From NCBI GenBank assembly GCA_947259075.1, contig CAMYKQ010000015.1, positions 4,792-68,791 on the forward strand: a DNA stretch of 64,000 nucleotides, in the 5' to 3' direction. The number at the start of each line of letters is the position of its first letter. The stretch's first letter is position 1. The notes beneath the pieces were generated by a model. That model was not told the DNA's origin. It saw nothing but the letters and a program-made list of their open reading frames with translations, and did not search any database. Below are positions 17,949 to 26,618 of this stretch, in pieces. The position numbers and the translations under genes are program-made. The stretch comes from an uncultured Gammaproteobacteria bacterium (GTDB lineage Bacteria; Pseudomonadota; Gammaproteobacteria; DRLM01).

Positions 17949-18764
17949 TTAACGCGCGGGCGGCGGCGCGGCCAAATAGAGATCGAAGCGGGTGGTGCTG
18001 CCCATTAAAACCGATGAAGGCGGCGGACCGGCCAAGGCCGTCGCCAAGCGCGGCCGTTTCACCACCACCCGCCGCCGCGCGCAGCCCAAGGCCGCGGCCA
18101 GCAGCGCGGCGGCATCGAGGTCGTCGCCCGCCACGGCGCGCAGGTAACGCATCTCTTTTTTGACCAGCGCCGTTTTTTGACGGCCGGGGTACATGGGGTC
18201 GAGATACACCACCTCGGGGCGCGCGTCCTCGCGCAAATGCGTGAGATACGCGGCGGCTTCGCCGTTCAGCAAATGCATGCGCGCGATAATAGCGGCGCTG
18301 GCGGGAGCGGCGCGGCCGCGGTCGAGGCCGTCTTTGAGCAAGGCGGCGATGATGGGTGAGCGTTCGATCAAAGTGACCTCGCAGCCGAGGCTGGCGAGCA
18401 TGAAGGCATCGCGCCCCAGTCCGGCGGTGGCGTCGATCACGCGGGGGGCGGTGAGGCGGTTTTTAATCCCCGCCGCGCGCGCCAAGGGTTCGCGGCTGTG
18501 GCCGGCTTGGCGTTGGCGGTAGCCCAAGGCGCCGCTGACGAAATCGACGTAGAGCGGGCCGGGCGCGTCGGCGCCGCGGGCTTGTAGTTGCAGCACGGGC
18601 GAGTGCTCGCCCGGCGCGTAGCTCAGCAACAAGGCATAGGCCGCGCAGGCGGCGGCGCCGCCGCAGAACGGCAAGCCTAAGTCGCGGGCCAGTTGTGCCG
18701 CGCGCGCGTCGCAGGCTGGATCGTTGGCCGCTACGGCGATCTTGCTGTCGGGAGTCTCGTGCAT
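17949..18764 (-). CDS. rsmJ: 16S rRNA (guanine1516-N2)-methyltransferase RsmJ family
   Basis: VIDATAGLGRDAFMLASLGCEVTLIERSP and VVYLDPMYP motifs. Confidence 0.85.
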   Translation of the reverse strand: MHETPDSKIAVAANDPACDARAAQLARDLGLPFCGGAAACAAYALLLSYAPGEHSPVLQLQARGADAPGPLYVDFVSGALGYRQRQAGHSREPLARAAGIKNRLTAPRVIDATAGLGRDAFMLASLGCEVTLIERSPIIAALLKDGLDRGRAAPASAAIIARMHLLNGEAAAYLTHLREDARPEVVYLDPMYPGRQKTALVKKEMRYLRAVAGDDLDAAALLAAALGCARRRVVVKRPRLATALAGPPPSSVLMGSTTRFDLYLAAPPPAR

Positions 18765-18829
18765 AATGAGGGCGCAGCCTAGCGGTGAACGCGGCGGGCC
18801 GCAAGGGTTTTGCTATTTAATGAAACGGG

Positions 18830-19648
18830 ATGGTGATGGCTAAGCGAAATGTAGAAATGGTGGACGTGCGCGAGCTGTGCGCGATAGTGATCGCGACGGC
18901 GGAGCGGGAATTGCTGCCGCGTTTTACCGCGACGGAGCGCCGGCAAAAACGTGATGGCAGCGTGGTCACCGAGGCGGACTTGGTGATGCAGTCCGAGCTT
19001 AAGCGGGCCTTGGCGGCGCGCTGGCCGCAATTCAATTTTCTCGGCGAGGAGATGAGCACGGAGGAGCAGCATGCCTTGTTGCGCGGCGACACGGCGGGCG
19101 TGTGGTGCGTCGATCCCTTGGACGGCACCAGCAATTTCGCCGCGGGCATCCCTTTTTTCGCGGTGTCGCTGGCCTTGTTGCTACACGGCGAGCCGCAGTT
19201 GGGCGTGGTCTATGATCCCATGCGGCGCGAGTGTTTTTGGACGCGGCGCGGCGGCGGCGCGTGGTTGAATGAACAGCGTTTGGGCGCGGCGCGGGCCCCG
19301 GTCAAATTGCAGCAGGCCGTAGCCGTGATTGATTTTAAACGCCTCGCGGCTGAGCTGGCGCAGCGGCTGGCGCTCAGTCCGCCCTATAGTTCGCAGCGCA
19401 GTTTCGGCTCGGTGGCCTTGGATTGGTGCTGGATCGCCGCCGGGCGCGGCGATGTGTATCTGCACGGCAAGCAAAATATTTGGGACTACGCGGCGGGGAG
19501 TTTATTGTTGGCCGAGGCGGGTGGACATGCCTGCACCCTCGCTGGCGAGCCGGTGTACCGCGCGGAGATCACGCCGCGTTCCGCGGTGGCGGTCTTGGAT
19601 GCGGCGCTGTTTGCGGAATGGTGTGCGTGGCTGGGCGTGCCGCGCTGA
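18830..19648 (+). CDS. Inositol monophosphatase family protein
   Basis: FLGEE, WCVDPLDGTSNF and WDYAAG motifs. Confidence 0.85.
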   Translation: MVMAKRNVEMVDVRELCAIVIATAERELLPRFTATERRQKRDGSVVTEADLVMQSELKRALAARWPQFNFLGEEMSTEEQHALLRGDTAGVWCVDPLDGTSNFAAGIPFFAVSLALLLHGEPQLGVVYDPMRRECFWTRRGGGAWLNEQRLGAARAPVKLQQAVAVIDFKRLAAELAQRLALSPPYSSQRSFGSVALDWCWIAAGRGDVYLHGKQNIWDYAAGSLLLAEAGGHACTLAGEPVYRAEITPRSAVAVLDAALFAEWCAWLGVPR

Positions 19649-19707
19649 GTTGCCGTGGCGCTGAGCGCCGCGTAGTGAAACCGGGTTTCCAGCAGTGGCT
19701 GTGAAAA

Positions 19708-19744
19708 CACCCTCTCCCTCAGGGAGAGGGCCGGGGTGAGGGTG
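19708..19744. terminator. Hairpin between convergent genes (REP-like sequence)
   Basis: CCCTCTCCC-TCA-GGGAGAGGG (19710-19730) is nested in CACCCTC...GAGGGTG. It lies between the 3' ends of the IMPase gene and the 19801-20631 gene. Confidence 0.45.
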
Positions 19745-19800
19745 TCGAGATTGACCCCCGGCCCGTTTAGGCGGGCAGGCGATGAAGATCCCCGGCGCGC

Positions 19801-20631
19801 TTATTCCGGCGCCGTTTCAGAGTCTTCGTCCGGTATCCTATGCCGCATCTCTTCCATGTGCTGCCGCATCTTTTGCAGCGTCTCTTCATCCATCGGCATG
19901 GACGAATGGCTGTCGGGGCTGGGCATGTCCCGCATCATTTCTTCCATCATCTGCTTTGGATTGGTGACGGCGTAGCCGGCGGGGATCTCGAATTTGCTGG
20001 CGGGAAAGGCGGCCACCGTGCTGATCTTTTCAATCTCATGCACCACCTTGCCTTCGGCGTCGGTCACCCGCAGCGGCAGGCCGAGTTTGCCGTATTCGCT
20101 ATCGGCCATGTCTTCCGCCGCGGTGCAGGGCTCGCGCAGCGGGTCTTCATCGCTGGCCGCTTGCCCTTGCGAGAACTGCAGCATGGCTTGAATGAAACGC
20201 TTCACGTCGCCGGACTGCAAAGTTTGCGGCGCGACGAAGTGTTCGCCGCACAAGGCGCCGCCGGCGCTCAATACATATTGTTCGGTGGCGTAGCCGGCGA
20301 TTTTGGGACCCGCGCCTTTCTTTTTGAAGCTCACATTGGCGTGTGCCGCCGGGGTCTTGTTTTCCACGCCGCGCGGCGGCGCGGACGCCTCGCTCATCTC
20401 CACGACTTGCCGCTGACCGCGATCCACCGCGTAGGCTTGATTGTTTTTTAGATTGAGCAAGAGATATTCCGCGGGTTCGCCCTCGCCGTATTCCAGCCGC
20501 GCCCAATCGTCTTGGATCATGATGCGGTGGTATTCGCCGCCCTCGTCTTTACCCTCGATCAAGGTGGCGGCGAGGGCCGGGACGGCGGTGGCGCCGAGCA
20601 GCAGGGCGAGGAGGCAAGTCCGTGTGTGCAT
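19801..20631 (-). CDS. Secreted protein (DUF4412-like) with a Met/His/Asp/Glu-rich C-terminal tail
   Basis: Signal peptide (VPALAA). C-terminal tail NPKQMMEEMMRDMPSPDSHSSMPMDEETLQKMRQHMEEMRHR. It lies 69 nt downstream of the HK gene on the same strand. Confidence 0.6.
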   Translation of the reverse strand: MHTRTCLLALLLGATAVPALAATLIEGKDEGGEYHRIMIQDDWARLEYGEGEPAEYLLLNLKNNQAYAVDRGQRQVVEMSEASAPPRGVENKTPAAHANVSFKKKGAGPKIAGYATEQYVLSAGGALCGEHFVAPQTLQSGDVKRFIQAMLQFSQGQAASDEDPLREPCTAAEDMADSEYGKLGLPLRVTDAEGKVVHEIEKISTVAAFPASKFEIPAGYAVTNPKQMMEEMMRDMPSPDSHSSMPMDEETLQKMRQHMEEMRHRIPDEDSETAPE

Positions 20632-20700
20632 ATGAGGTCTCCGAAAAAGTCGCGTTAGTCTAGCATGAGGATAGGACCCGCACGGTAGCGCGCGGAGGGA

Positions 20701-22056
20701 TTAAGCACCGGGTAGTGAGACGGTGAGTTTGGCGCCGCCCAAGGCGCTGGCGCCGATGGTGAGTTTGCCGCCGTAGACCCGCAGGATGTCCTGCACGATG
20801 GCCAGGCCGATGCCGTGACCGGGATGATGGTCGTCGTCGCGCACCCCGCGTTGCAGCACGGCGCGCGCTTTGTCGGGGGCGATGCCGGGGCCGTCGTCCT
20901 CGATGCACAGCAGCAGCCCCGGGTGCGTGCCGCTGCTGGGATTGATGATGTGCGCGCCGATGTCCACGCGCCGCTGGCAGCTTTTGTAGGCATTGTCGAT
21001 GAGGTTGCCCAGCAATTCGAGCAGGTCGCCTTCGTCGCCGTTGAAGCGGGCGCCGTCGGCGGTTTTGATACGGCAATCCACCCGTTTGTCGGCGTAGACC
21101 TTGCCCAGCGAGTTGGCGACCTTGCGGATCAAGGTAGCGGCCATGACCGGCGCGGCCAGCGGCAGGCGGCCCGAGGTGGCGGCGCGCTGTAATTGATAAT
21201 CGACGATGTCGTTCATGCGTTGCACTTGTTCATTGGCCGCGGTGCTGGCGGCGGCGTGCTCCGCGCTTTCCAATTCGCCGCGCAGCACCGCCAGCGGGGT
21301 TTTGAGGCTGTGGGCGAGATCGCCCAGGGTGTGGCGGTAACGTTCCAGATGTTCGCGCTGACTGGCGAGCAGGGCGTTGAGGTTGTCGGTGAGACCGCGC
21401 ATCTCGCGCGGGTAGCGGCCTTCGAGCTGGGTTTGTTTGCCCGCCTCGATGGCGGCGAGGTCTTCCGCCACCTCGCGCAGCGGCGCCAGGCTCCAGCGCA
21501 AAATGAGGCCTTGCACGGTGAGCAGCAGCAAGGCCACGCCGCCGAGCCAGCTCCACAGCGTGGCGCGGAAGTCGGCCACTTGTTCGTAGTAATTCGTCAT
21601 GTCCTCGGCGACGGTGAAGGTGAAACCCTCGCTCATCTCTTCGCTGAGGTCGAAGGTGACGCCGAGGGCGAAGGCGTAACGTTCGTGGCCGTTGATGACG
21701 CCGTGGCGGAAGCGTTTATCCCCCGGCGGCACGCCGCTGATTAAGGTCTCGTTGATGTCGTCCATGGAGGGTGAGCGCCAGGTTTGCTTGCCGTCATTGC
21801 GGGCGATTTGGGCATAGAGTCCCGAGCCGGTGTGGTTGTAACGGGTTTCCGGCAGGGTGGCGGGCATGTGGAGGATGCCGTGCGTGTCCAATTCGGCGGC
21901 GGCGATCAGGCCCAAGGTGTGCGCTTGCAGCCGCTCTTGCAAGGCTTGTTCGGCCTTGTCGCGGAAGGCGTGGTCCAGGGTGTAGCCGGTGATCCCGAGA
22001 AAGGCGGCGAGCACGATGCTGCCGGCGATCAAGAGGCGGGTGGTGAGCGAGGGCAT
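20701..22056 (-). CDS. Sensor histidine kinase (PhoQ/PmrB/QseC-like, two TM segments)
   Basis: TM1, periplasmic loop, TM2, HAMP, an H-box (LGDLAHSLKTPLA) and N/G boxes (NLIDNAYK, DDGPGI, GHGIGLAIV). The start was trimmed to ATG 22056, where TAATG overlaps the RR stop. Confidence 0.85.
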   Translation of the reverse strand: MPSLTTRLLIAGSIVLAAFLGITGYTLDHAFRDKAEQALQERLQAHTLGLIAAAELDTHGILHMPATLPETRYNHTGSGLYAQIARNDGKQTWRSPSMDDINETLISGVPPGDKRFRHGVINGHERYAFALGVTFDLSEEMSEGFTFTVAEDMTNYYEQVADFRATLWSWLGGVALLLLTVQGLILRWSLAPLREVAEDLAAIEAGKQTQLEGRYPREMRGLTDNLNALLASQREHLERYRHTLGDLAHSLKTPLAVLRGELESAEHAAASTAANEQVQRMNDIVDYQLQRAATSGRLPLAAPVMAATLIRKVANSLGKVYADKRVDCRIKTADGARFNGDEGDLLELLGNLIDNAYKSCQRRVDIGAHIINPSSGTHPGLLLCIEDDGPGIAPDKARAVLQRGVRDDDHHPGHGIGLAIVQDILRVYGGKLTIGASALGGAKLTVSLPGA

Positions 22057-22739
22057 TAGGGGTTGTTGCGCTCGAGGGTGAAGCGGTAACCGCGCCCGCG
22101 CAGGGTTTCGATGGGATTGAGGCCGCCCTCGGGATCGAGCTTGCGGCGTAATCGCCCGACGAAGACTTCGATGACGTTGCTGTCGCGGTCGAAGTCTTGT
22201 TCGTAGATATGTTCGGTGAGGTCGGTCTTCGACACCACTTGCCCGGCGTGCAGCATGAGGTATTCGAGCACTTTGTATTCGTAGGTGGTGAGCTCCACCG
22301 CCGCGTGGTTGACGCTGACTTCGTGGCTGGCGGTGTTGAGGCTGATGGGGCCGCACTCCAATACCGATTGGGTCCAGCCCGCGGAGCGGCGCACCAAGGC
22401 ACGCAGACGCGCGAGCAGTTCTTCCATGTGAAAGGGTTTCACTAAATAATCGTCGGCGCCCGCCTCGAGGCCCTCTACTTTTTCCTGCCAGCGGCCGCGC
22501 GCGGTGAGGATTAAAATGGGAAAGGGCTTGCCCGCGCCGCGGGTTTGGCGGATGACCTCGATGCCCGAGAGTTTGGGCAGACCTAAATCGACGACGGCCG
22601 CGTCGAAGGGGATTTCCGTGGCGAGGTAGAGGCCGTCTTCGCCATTGGCCGCGACGTCCACCGCATAGCCTTCTTGTTTCAGCCGCGTTTGGAGTTGGTG
22701 GAGTAGGCTGTCTTCGTCTTCGATGACCAGTATCCGCAT
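22056..22739 (-). CDS. OmpR/PhoB-family response regulator
   Basis: MRILVIEDE receiver domain with a winged-helix output (LTTYEYKVLEYLM...VIEVFVGRLRRKL...IETLRGRGYRF). Confidence 0.9.
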   Translation of the reverse strand: MRILVIEDEDSLLHQLQTRLKQEGYAVDVAANGEDGLYLATEIPFDAAVVDLGLPKLSGIEVIRQTRGAGKPFPILILTARGRWQEKVEGLEAGADDYLVKPFHMEELLARLRALVRRSAGWTQSVLECGPISLNTASHEVSVNHAAVELTTYEYKVLEYLMLHAGQVVSKTDLTEHIYEQDFDRDSNVIEVFVGRLRRKLDPEGGLNPIETLRGRGYRFTLERNNP

Positions 22740-22808
22740 CGCTTGGGTCCCATCGGTTTCATGGTGCGTTCACGTGTGCCGCAAGGCCGCTTAACGATAA
22801 CACGATTC

Positions 22809-22836
22809 GAGATGGCGGCCGCCGCGCCGCCATCTC
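22809..22836 (-). terminator. Hairpin after the glycine-zipper protein gene
   Basis: GAGATGGCGG-N8-CCGCCATCTC, a 10-bp stem that ends 13 nt 3' of the stop codon. The U-tract is weak. Confidence 0.4.
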
Positions 22837-22848
22837 ATGGGGCGTGCT

Positions 22849-23403
22849 TCAATAATCCGGCGAGACATTGACCTGCACCCGGATGCGATCGCCCGGGTCG
22901 TAGGGCATGCGCGTGCTGTATTCGCGGCCCTGGTAACGGTAGGTGACGTTATAACCGACGATACGTTCTTCCTGGTGGCGTTCATGCCGGACTTGGCAGC
23001 GTTGGCGGCTGACGGGATAAGTTTCACCACCGCGATAGGCTGTGTCGTGGCCGATGGAGGCGCCGAGCAGGGCGCCGGCCACGGTCATGGCGTCTTTGCC
23101 CTTGCCCTCGCCGAAACGATTACCCACCACGCCGCCCGCGACGGCGCCGATGAGGGCGGCGGTTGTGCCGTTGTTGTGGTTTTCGTAGCGTGTGATTTCC
23201 TCCCAGCATTCGCGTTGCGGGCTGGAGACCCGCACGGTTTCGGTGATGGGGTAGCTCTCGATCACCCGGGCGTACTCAGTCTGGTTGCCGTGGTGCTGGT
23301 GATGGTGCTTGTGATGGTGTTTGCCATGCCCGCCGCCGGCGAGGGCGGCGGGCGCAAGCGCGGTGAGGGAGAGGATAAGGGCGGCGCTCAGTAGTTGCTT
23401 CAT
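22849..23403 (-). CDS. Glycine-zipper 2TM (YcfJ / 17-kDa surface antigen family) envelope protein with a His-rich N-terminus
   Basis: Signal peptide, then GGGHGKHHHKHHHQHHGN. Glycine zipper GAVAGGVVGNRFGEG...GALLGASIG. YcfJ-like C-terminal beta region. Confidence 0.75.
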   Translation of the reverse strand: MKQLLSAALILSLTALAPAALAGGGHGKHHHKHHHQHHGNQTEYARVIESYPITETVRVSSPQRECWEEITRYENHNNGTTAALIGAVAGGVVGNRFGEGKGKDAMTVAGALLGASIGHDTAYRGGETYPVSRQRCQVRHERHQEERIVGYNVTYRYQGREYSTRMPYDPGDRIRVQVNVSPDY

Positions 23404-23453
23404 GGTGATATTCCTTTGTATGTTTTACAGCCGCTACCAGGTTAGTACGCCCA

Positions 23454-23473
23454 GGCTGAATCTTGTCTGAACG
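23454..23473 (-). promoter_or_regulatory. Direct-repeat operator candidate, copy 1
   Basis: The plus strand reads GGCTGAAT-CTTGT-CTGAACG, which is GTTCAG-N5-ATTCAG on the gene strand. It lies 8 nt upstream of a TACTAA -10-like hexamer and 51-70 nt upstream of the ATG at 23403. Confidence 0.5.
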
Positions 23474-23488
23474 GCGTATTCCGCGCGC

Positions 23489-23515
23489 AAAAAAAAGCGC
23501 GCCGGGTGGCGCGCT
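23489..23515 (-). terminator. Intrinsic terminator of the cytochrome c gene
   Basis: The minus strand reads AGCGCGCC-ACCC-GGCGCGCT followed by T8. Confidence 0.75.
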
Positions 23516-23540
23516 GAAGGGAGAGGACTATGTATTGCTA

Positions 23541-23924
23541 TTATTTCGCGAGGGACAAGACGAAGTCGACCAGCTTTTCGATGTCCGCATCGGCGACGCG
23601 GGGTGAGTAAGGGGGCATGGGCACGCCGCCGGTGACCGCGGTCCAGTTACCTTTGCCGCCCTTGTGGGTCTTCTTGATGAGTACGTCGCGCGGCGCGCCC
23701 GTTTCCACCGTGCCGTCGGTCAGCGTGGCGGTCATTTCAGTAGCGCCTTTGTATTTGTCCGCCACGTCTTGCCAAGCGGGACCGACGACTTTTTTATCAA
23801 TGGCGTGGCAGGCGAGGCAGCCGCTCTTTTTCGCCAAGTCCAGGCCCTCTTCGGCGAGGGCTGAGGTGCTGAGGGCCAGGCCGGCGGCAGCGGTGAAACC
23901 GAGGGTCAGTAGAAATTTCTTCAT
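23541..23924 (-). CDS. Periplasmic class I c-type cytochrome (c-551/552-like)
   Basis: Signal peptide, CLACH haem motif, and GGKGNW...GGVPMPPY distal Met region. Confidence 0.85.
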   Translation of the reverse strand: MKKFLLTLGFTAAAGLALSTSALAEEGLDLAKKSGCLACHAIDKKVVGPAWQDVADKYKGATEMTATLTDGTVETGAPRDVLIKKTHKGGKGNWTAVTGGVPMPPYSPRVADADIEKLVDFVLSLAK

Positions 23925-24071
23925 GTGTTAGCTCCTTTTTTCAACGTTGAGGCGGTTGGGGTTGAGGCCCGGCACGCCATGAACTGTGCGCAATGCCTTT
24001 GCCGAAGAGGGGTTTTGCGCCGCGGCGCTAGGACAAATCCGGTTCGGGCGATGTTCAGAATAGGGGGGTGT

Positions 24072-24091
24072 GGCTGAATAAAGCCTGAACG
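24072..24091 (-). promoter_or_regulatory. Direct-repeat operator candidate, copy 2
   Basis: GGCTGAAT-AAAGC-CTGAACG has half-sites and spacing identical to copy 1. An inverted GTTCAG lies at 24053-24058. It sits about 150 nt upstream of the cytochrome c ATG. Confidence 0.45.
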
Positions 24092-24243
24092 AAATGACGG
24101 GCGGTGGCGGGAACGGCGTCACGGATGAATGCCGGTCAGGAAACCGTGCTGACACGCCGCGCCGCGCGGAGGCGCTGCGCTGAGCAGACGCGAAATCCCC
24201 GGGGTATACTGGCGCCATTATCCGCCGCGCGTGGCGGCGGGAC

Positions 24244-25473
24244 TTGCAATTGCGGGGGGTGGAACGGGTGAAGATAGGAACGCCGTTGAGTGCCGGGGCG
24301 ACGCGGGTGATGTTGCTCGGCGCCGGTGAGTTGGGCAAGGAAGTCATCATCGCCTTGCAGCGTTTGGGGGTGGAGGTGATCGCGGTGGACCGTTACGCCG
24401 ACGCGCCCGGGCATCAAGTCGCCCACCGCGCCCATGTGATCGACATGACCGATGCGCGCGCGGTGCGGGCCTTGGTGGAAAAAGAGCGGCCGCACTTAGT
24501 GGTGCCGGAGATCGAGGCCATCGCCACGGAGGCGCTGCTGGTCATTGAGAAAGATCAGCTCGCCGAGGTGATCCCCACCGCGCGCGCGGTGCAACTGACC
24601 ATGAACCGCGAAGGTATTCGCCGCCTCGCCGCCGAGGAGCTTGGATTGCGCACCTCGCGTTATGCCTTCGCCGAAAGTCTCACTGAACTCAAGTCCGCGA
24701 TCGATGGCGTCATTGGTTATCCCTGCGTGATCAAGCCGGTGATGTCGTCCTCGGGCAAAGGACAGTCGGTGGTGAACGATTCACACGAGGTGGCCGCGGC
24801 CTGGGATTACGCCCTGCGCGCCGGACGCGTCGCCAAGAGCCGGGTGATCGCCGAGGAGATGATTGAATTCGATTATGAGGTCACCTTGCTCACCGTGCGC
24901 GCGGTGGCTGAGTCCGGCGCGGTGGAGACTTTTTTCTGCGAGCCTATCGGTCACGTGCAAGTGCAGGGTGATTACGTCGAGAGCTGGCAGCCGCAATATA
25001 TGAGCCCCAAGGCTTTGGCCAAGGCGCGGGAGATCGCGGGCAAGATCACGCATAACCTCGGCGGCCGCGGCATCTTCGGCGTTGAGTTATTCGTTAAAGG
25101 TGATGAGGTGTGGTTCAGTGAAGTGAGTCCACGGCCACACGATACCGGGATGGTGACGATGGCCAGTCAGCACTTGAATGAATTCGAGTTGCACGCGCGG
25201 GCGATTTTGGGTCTGCCGGTGGACACCGCGCTGCGTGCGCCCGGCGCCAGCGCCGTGGTGTACGGGGAATTAGAGGAAGCAGGCATCGCCTTCGAGGGTG
25301 TCGATGAGGCCATGCGTGTTGAGGGCGTGGATGTGCGGCTGTTCGGCAAACCGGAAGCCTTCGCGCGGCGGCGCATGGGCGTGGTGCTGGCGCGCGGTGA
25401 CAGCGTGAGCCAGGCGCGTGAGCGGGCGCGGCGCGCGGCGGCCAAGATCCGTCCGCTGGGCGGTGGCGCGTGA
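24244..25473 (+). CDS. purT: Formate-dependent phosphoribosylglycinamide formyltransferase
   Basis: [40 protein letters not shown] is nearly identical in pattern to the E. coli PurT N-terminus. The start could instead be GTG 24268. Confidence 0.9.
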   Translation: MQLRGVERVKIGTPLSAGATRVMLLGAGELGKEVIIALQRLGVEVIAVDRYADAPGHQVAHRAHVIDMTDARAVRALVEKERPHLVVPEIEAIATEALLVIEKDQLAEVIPTARAVQLTMNREGIRRLAAEELGLRTSRYAFAESLTELKSAIDGVIGYPCVIKPVMSSSGKGQSVVNDSHEVAAAWDYALRAGRVAKSRVIAEEMIEFDYEVTLLTVRAVAESGAVETFFCEPIGHVQVQGDYVESWQPQYMSPKALAKAREIAGKITHNLGGRGIFGVELFVKGDEVWFSEVSPRPHDTGMVTMASQHLNEFELHARAILGLPVDTALRAPGASAVVYGELEEAGIAFEGVDEAMRVEGVDVRLFGKPEAFARRRMGVVLARGDSVSQARERARRAAAKIRPLGGGA

Positions 25474-25521
25474 TCGCGCCGCTCACTCTTTTAACGCTTA
25501 ACAGGGCGCGTTCGTGCTGAT

Positions 25522-26259
25522 ATGAAACTCGGCTTGATCATCATCGGTGATGAAGTGCTATCCGGAAAACGCCAGGACCAGCACTTTGCGCATGTGGTTG
25601 AGGTCTTGCGCGCGCGCGGGATGGAGCTGAGCTGGTGCCGCATCATCGGCGATGTGCCTGAGTTGATCGTCGATACGCTGCGGCAAACCCTCGCGCGTGA
25701 CGAGCTGGTGTTTTGTTGCGGCGGCATCGGCGCCACGCCCGACGATCACACCCGTGCCTGCGCCGCGCGCGCCATTGGCGTGGATTTGCTGCGTCATCCC
25801 GCCGCGGTGGCGGAAATGGAGGCGCGCTTCGGGCCGGGGCTGTCGCCGGCGCGGGCGCTGCTGGCGCACTTGCCGGCGGGCAGCCGGATTATTCCCAATC
25901 CGTATAACCGCGTGCCCGGCTTCAGCGTAGCGCATCATCATTTTTTGCCCGGATTTCCCGAGATGGCTTGGCCGATGCTGCAATGGGTGCTCGATACGCA
26001 GTACCCGCATTTACGGCGCGCGGAGGCGGATATCGAACGGATATTGCTGGTGAACGCCAAAGAGGGTGAGCTCTTGGCGTTGATGCGGGATTTCGTGCGG
26101 CGTTATCCCGCTTGCCGTTTTTCCTCTCTGCCCACGCTGCAACAAGAGCCGCTGCTGGAGTTGGGTGTGCGCGGGGCGCGCGCGGAAGTGGATGGCGGTC
26201 TACACTATTGGCAAGCGGCTTTAAGCGCGCGGCATATCCCTTGGCGAGAAAAAACTTAG
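25522..26259 (+). CDS. CinA-like / MoCF-type molybdopterin-binding domain protein
   Basis: MKLGLIIIGDEVLSGKRQD...CCGGIGATPDDHT motif. Confidence 0.7.
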   Translation: MKLGLIIIGDEVLSGKRQDQHFAHVVEVLRARGMELSWCRIIGDVPELIVDTLRQTLARDELVFCCGGIGATPDDHTRACAARAIGVDLLRHPAAVAEMEARFGPGLSPARALLAHLPAGSRIIPNPYNRVPGFSVAHHHFLPGFPEMAWPMLQWVLDTQYPHLRRAEADIERILLVNAKEGELLALMRDFVRRYPACRFSSLPTLQQEPLLELGVRGARAEVDGGLHYWQAALSARHIPWREKT

Positions 26260-26282
26260 CCTGTGTGGCCGGTGAGGTGAGG

Positions 26283-26618
26283 ATGAAAGTGCGTGATTTG
26301 CTCAAGACCTGGCAGGCGGACAGCGGCGCGCGGCAGGTGAGTAAGGAGTTAACTTTATCATTGCCGCTGCATGATGTCGCGCGCTTGCGCGCACTGGCGG
26401 CGATGTATCCCGGCCGCACGCAGGCGCAGTTGTTCAGCGAGCTTGTGTCCGCCGCGCTGGATGATTTGGAGGCGGCCTTTCCTTATGTTCAAGGTGATAA
26501 GACCGTGGCGGAGGATGAATACGGCGACCCGCTCTATGAGGATGCGGGCTTGACGCCGCGCTTTTTGGCGCTGACCCAAAAGCACTTGCGAGCGCTGGAA
26601 GCCGAGGTGGCGGATTAA
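26283..26618 (+). CDS. Hypothetical protein (111 aa)
   Basis: ATG 26283 follows GAGGTGAGG. The longer track ORF overlaps the upstream gene. No family recognised. Confidence 0.5.
   Translation: MKVRDLLKTWQADSGARQVSKELTLSLPLHDVARLRALAAMYPGRTQAQLFSELVSAALDDLEAAFPYVQGDKTVAEDEYGDPLYEDAGLTPRFLALTQKHLRALEAEVAD

Noticed and set aside
20701-22356. Long N-terminal extensions on track ORFs 20701-22356, 36448-37872, 37368-40211, 41322-44123, 44212-45693, 48389-50536 and 50895-52877
   Set aside because: The extensions are Arg/Pro/His-rich and overlap upstream genes. Internal ATGs give canonical N-termini (signal peptides, TM1 or REC start), often with stop/start overlaps. The coordinates were trimmed accordingly.
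22757-22773. TTTCAT-N5-GTTCAC upstream of the response-regulator gene, a possible third copy of the operator
   Set aside because: Only the TTCA cores match and the orientation is opposite to the two strong copies. It ends just 17 nt from the ATG, too close for an activator site. It could be autorepression or chance.
24180-24243. Possible ZTP (pfl) riboswitch upstream of purT, prompted by an ACTGGCG string and a following CCGCCGC hairpin
   Set aside because: I could not find the conserved GGGUCGUG 5' element or the CCGCCUGGGC pseudoknot partner. TATACT here looks more like a -10 hexamer.
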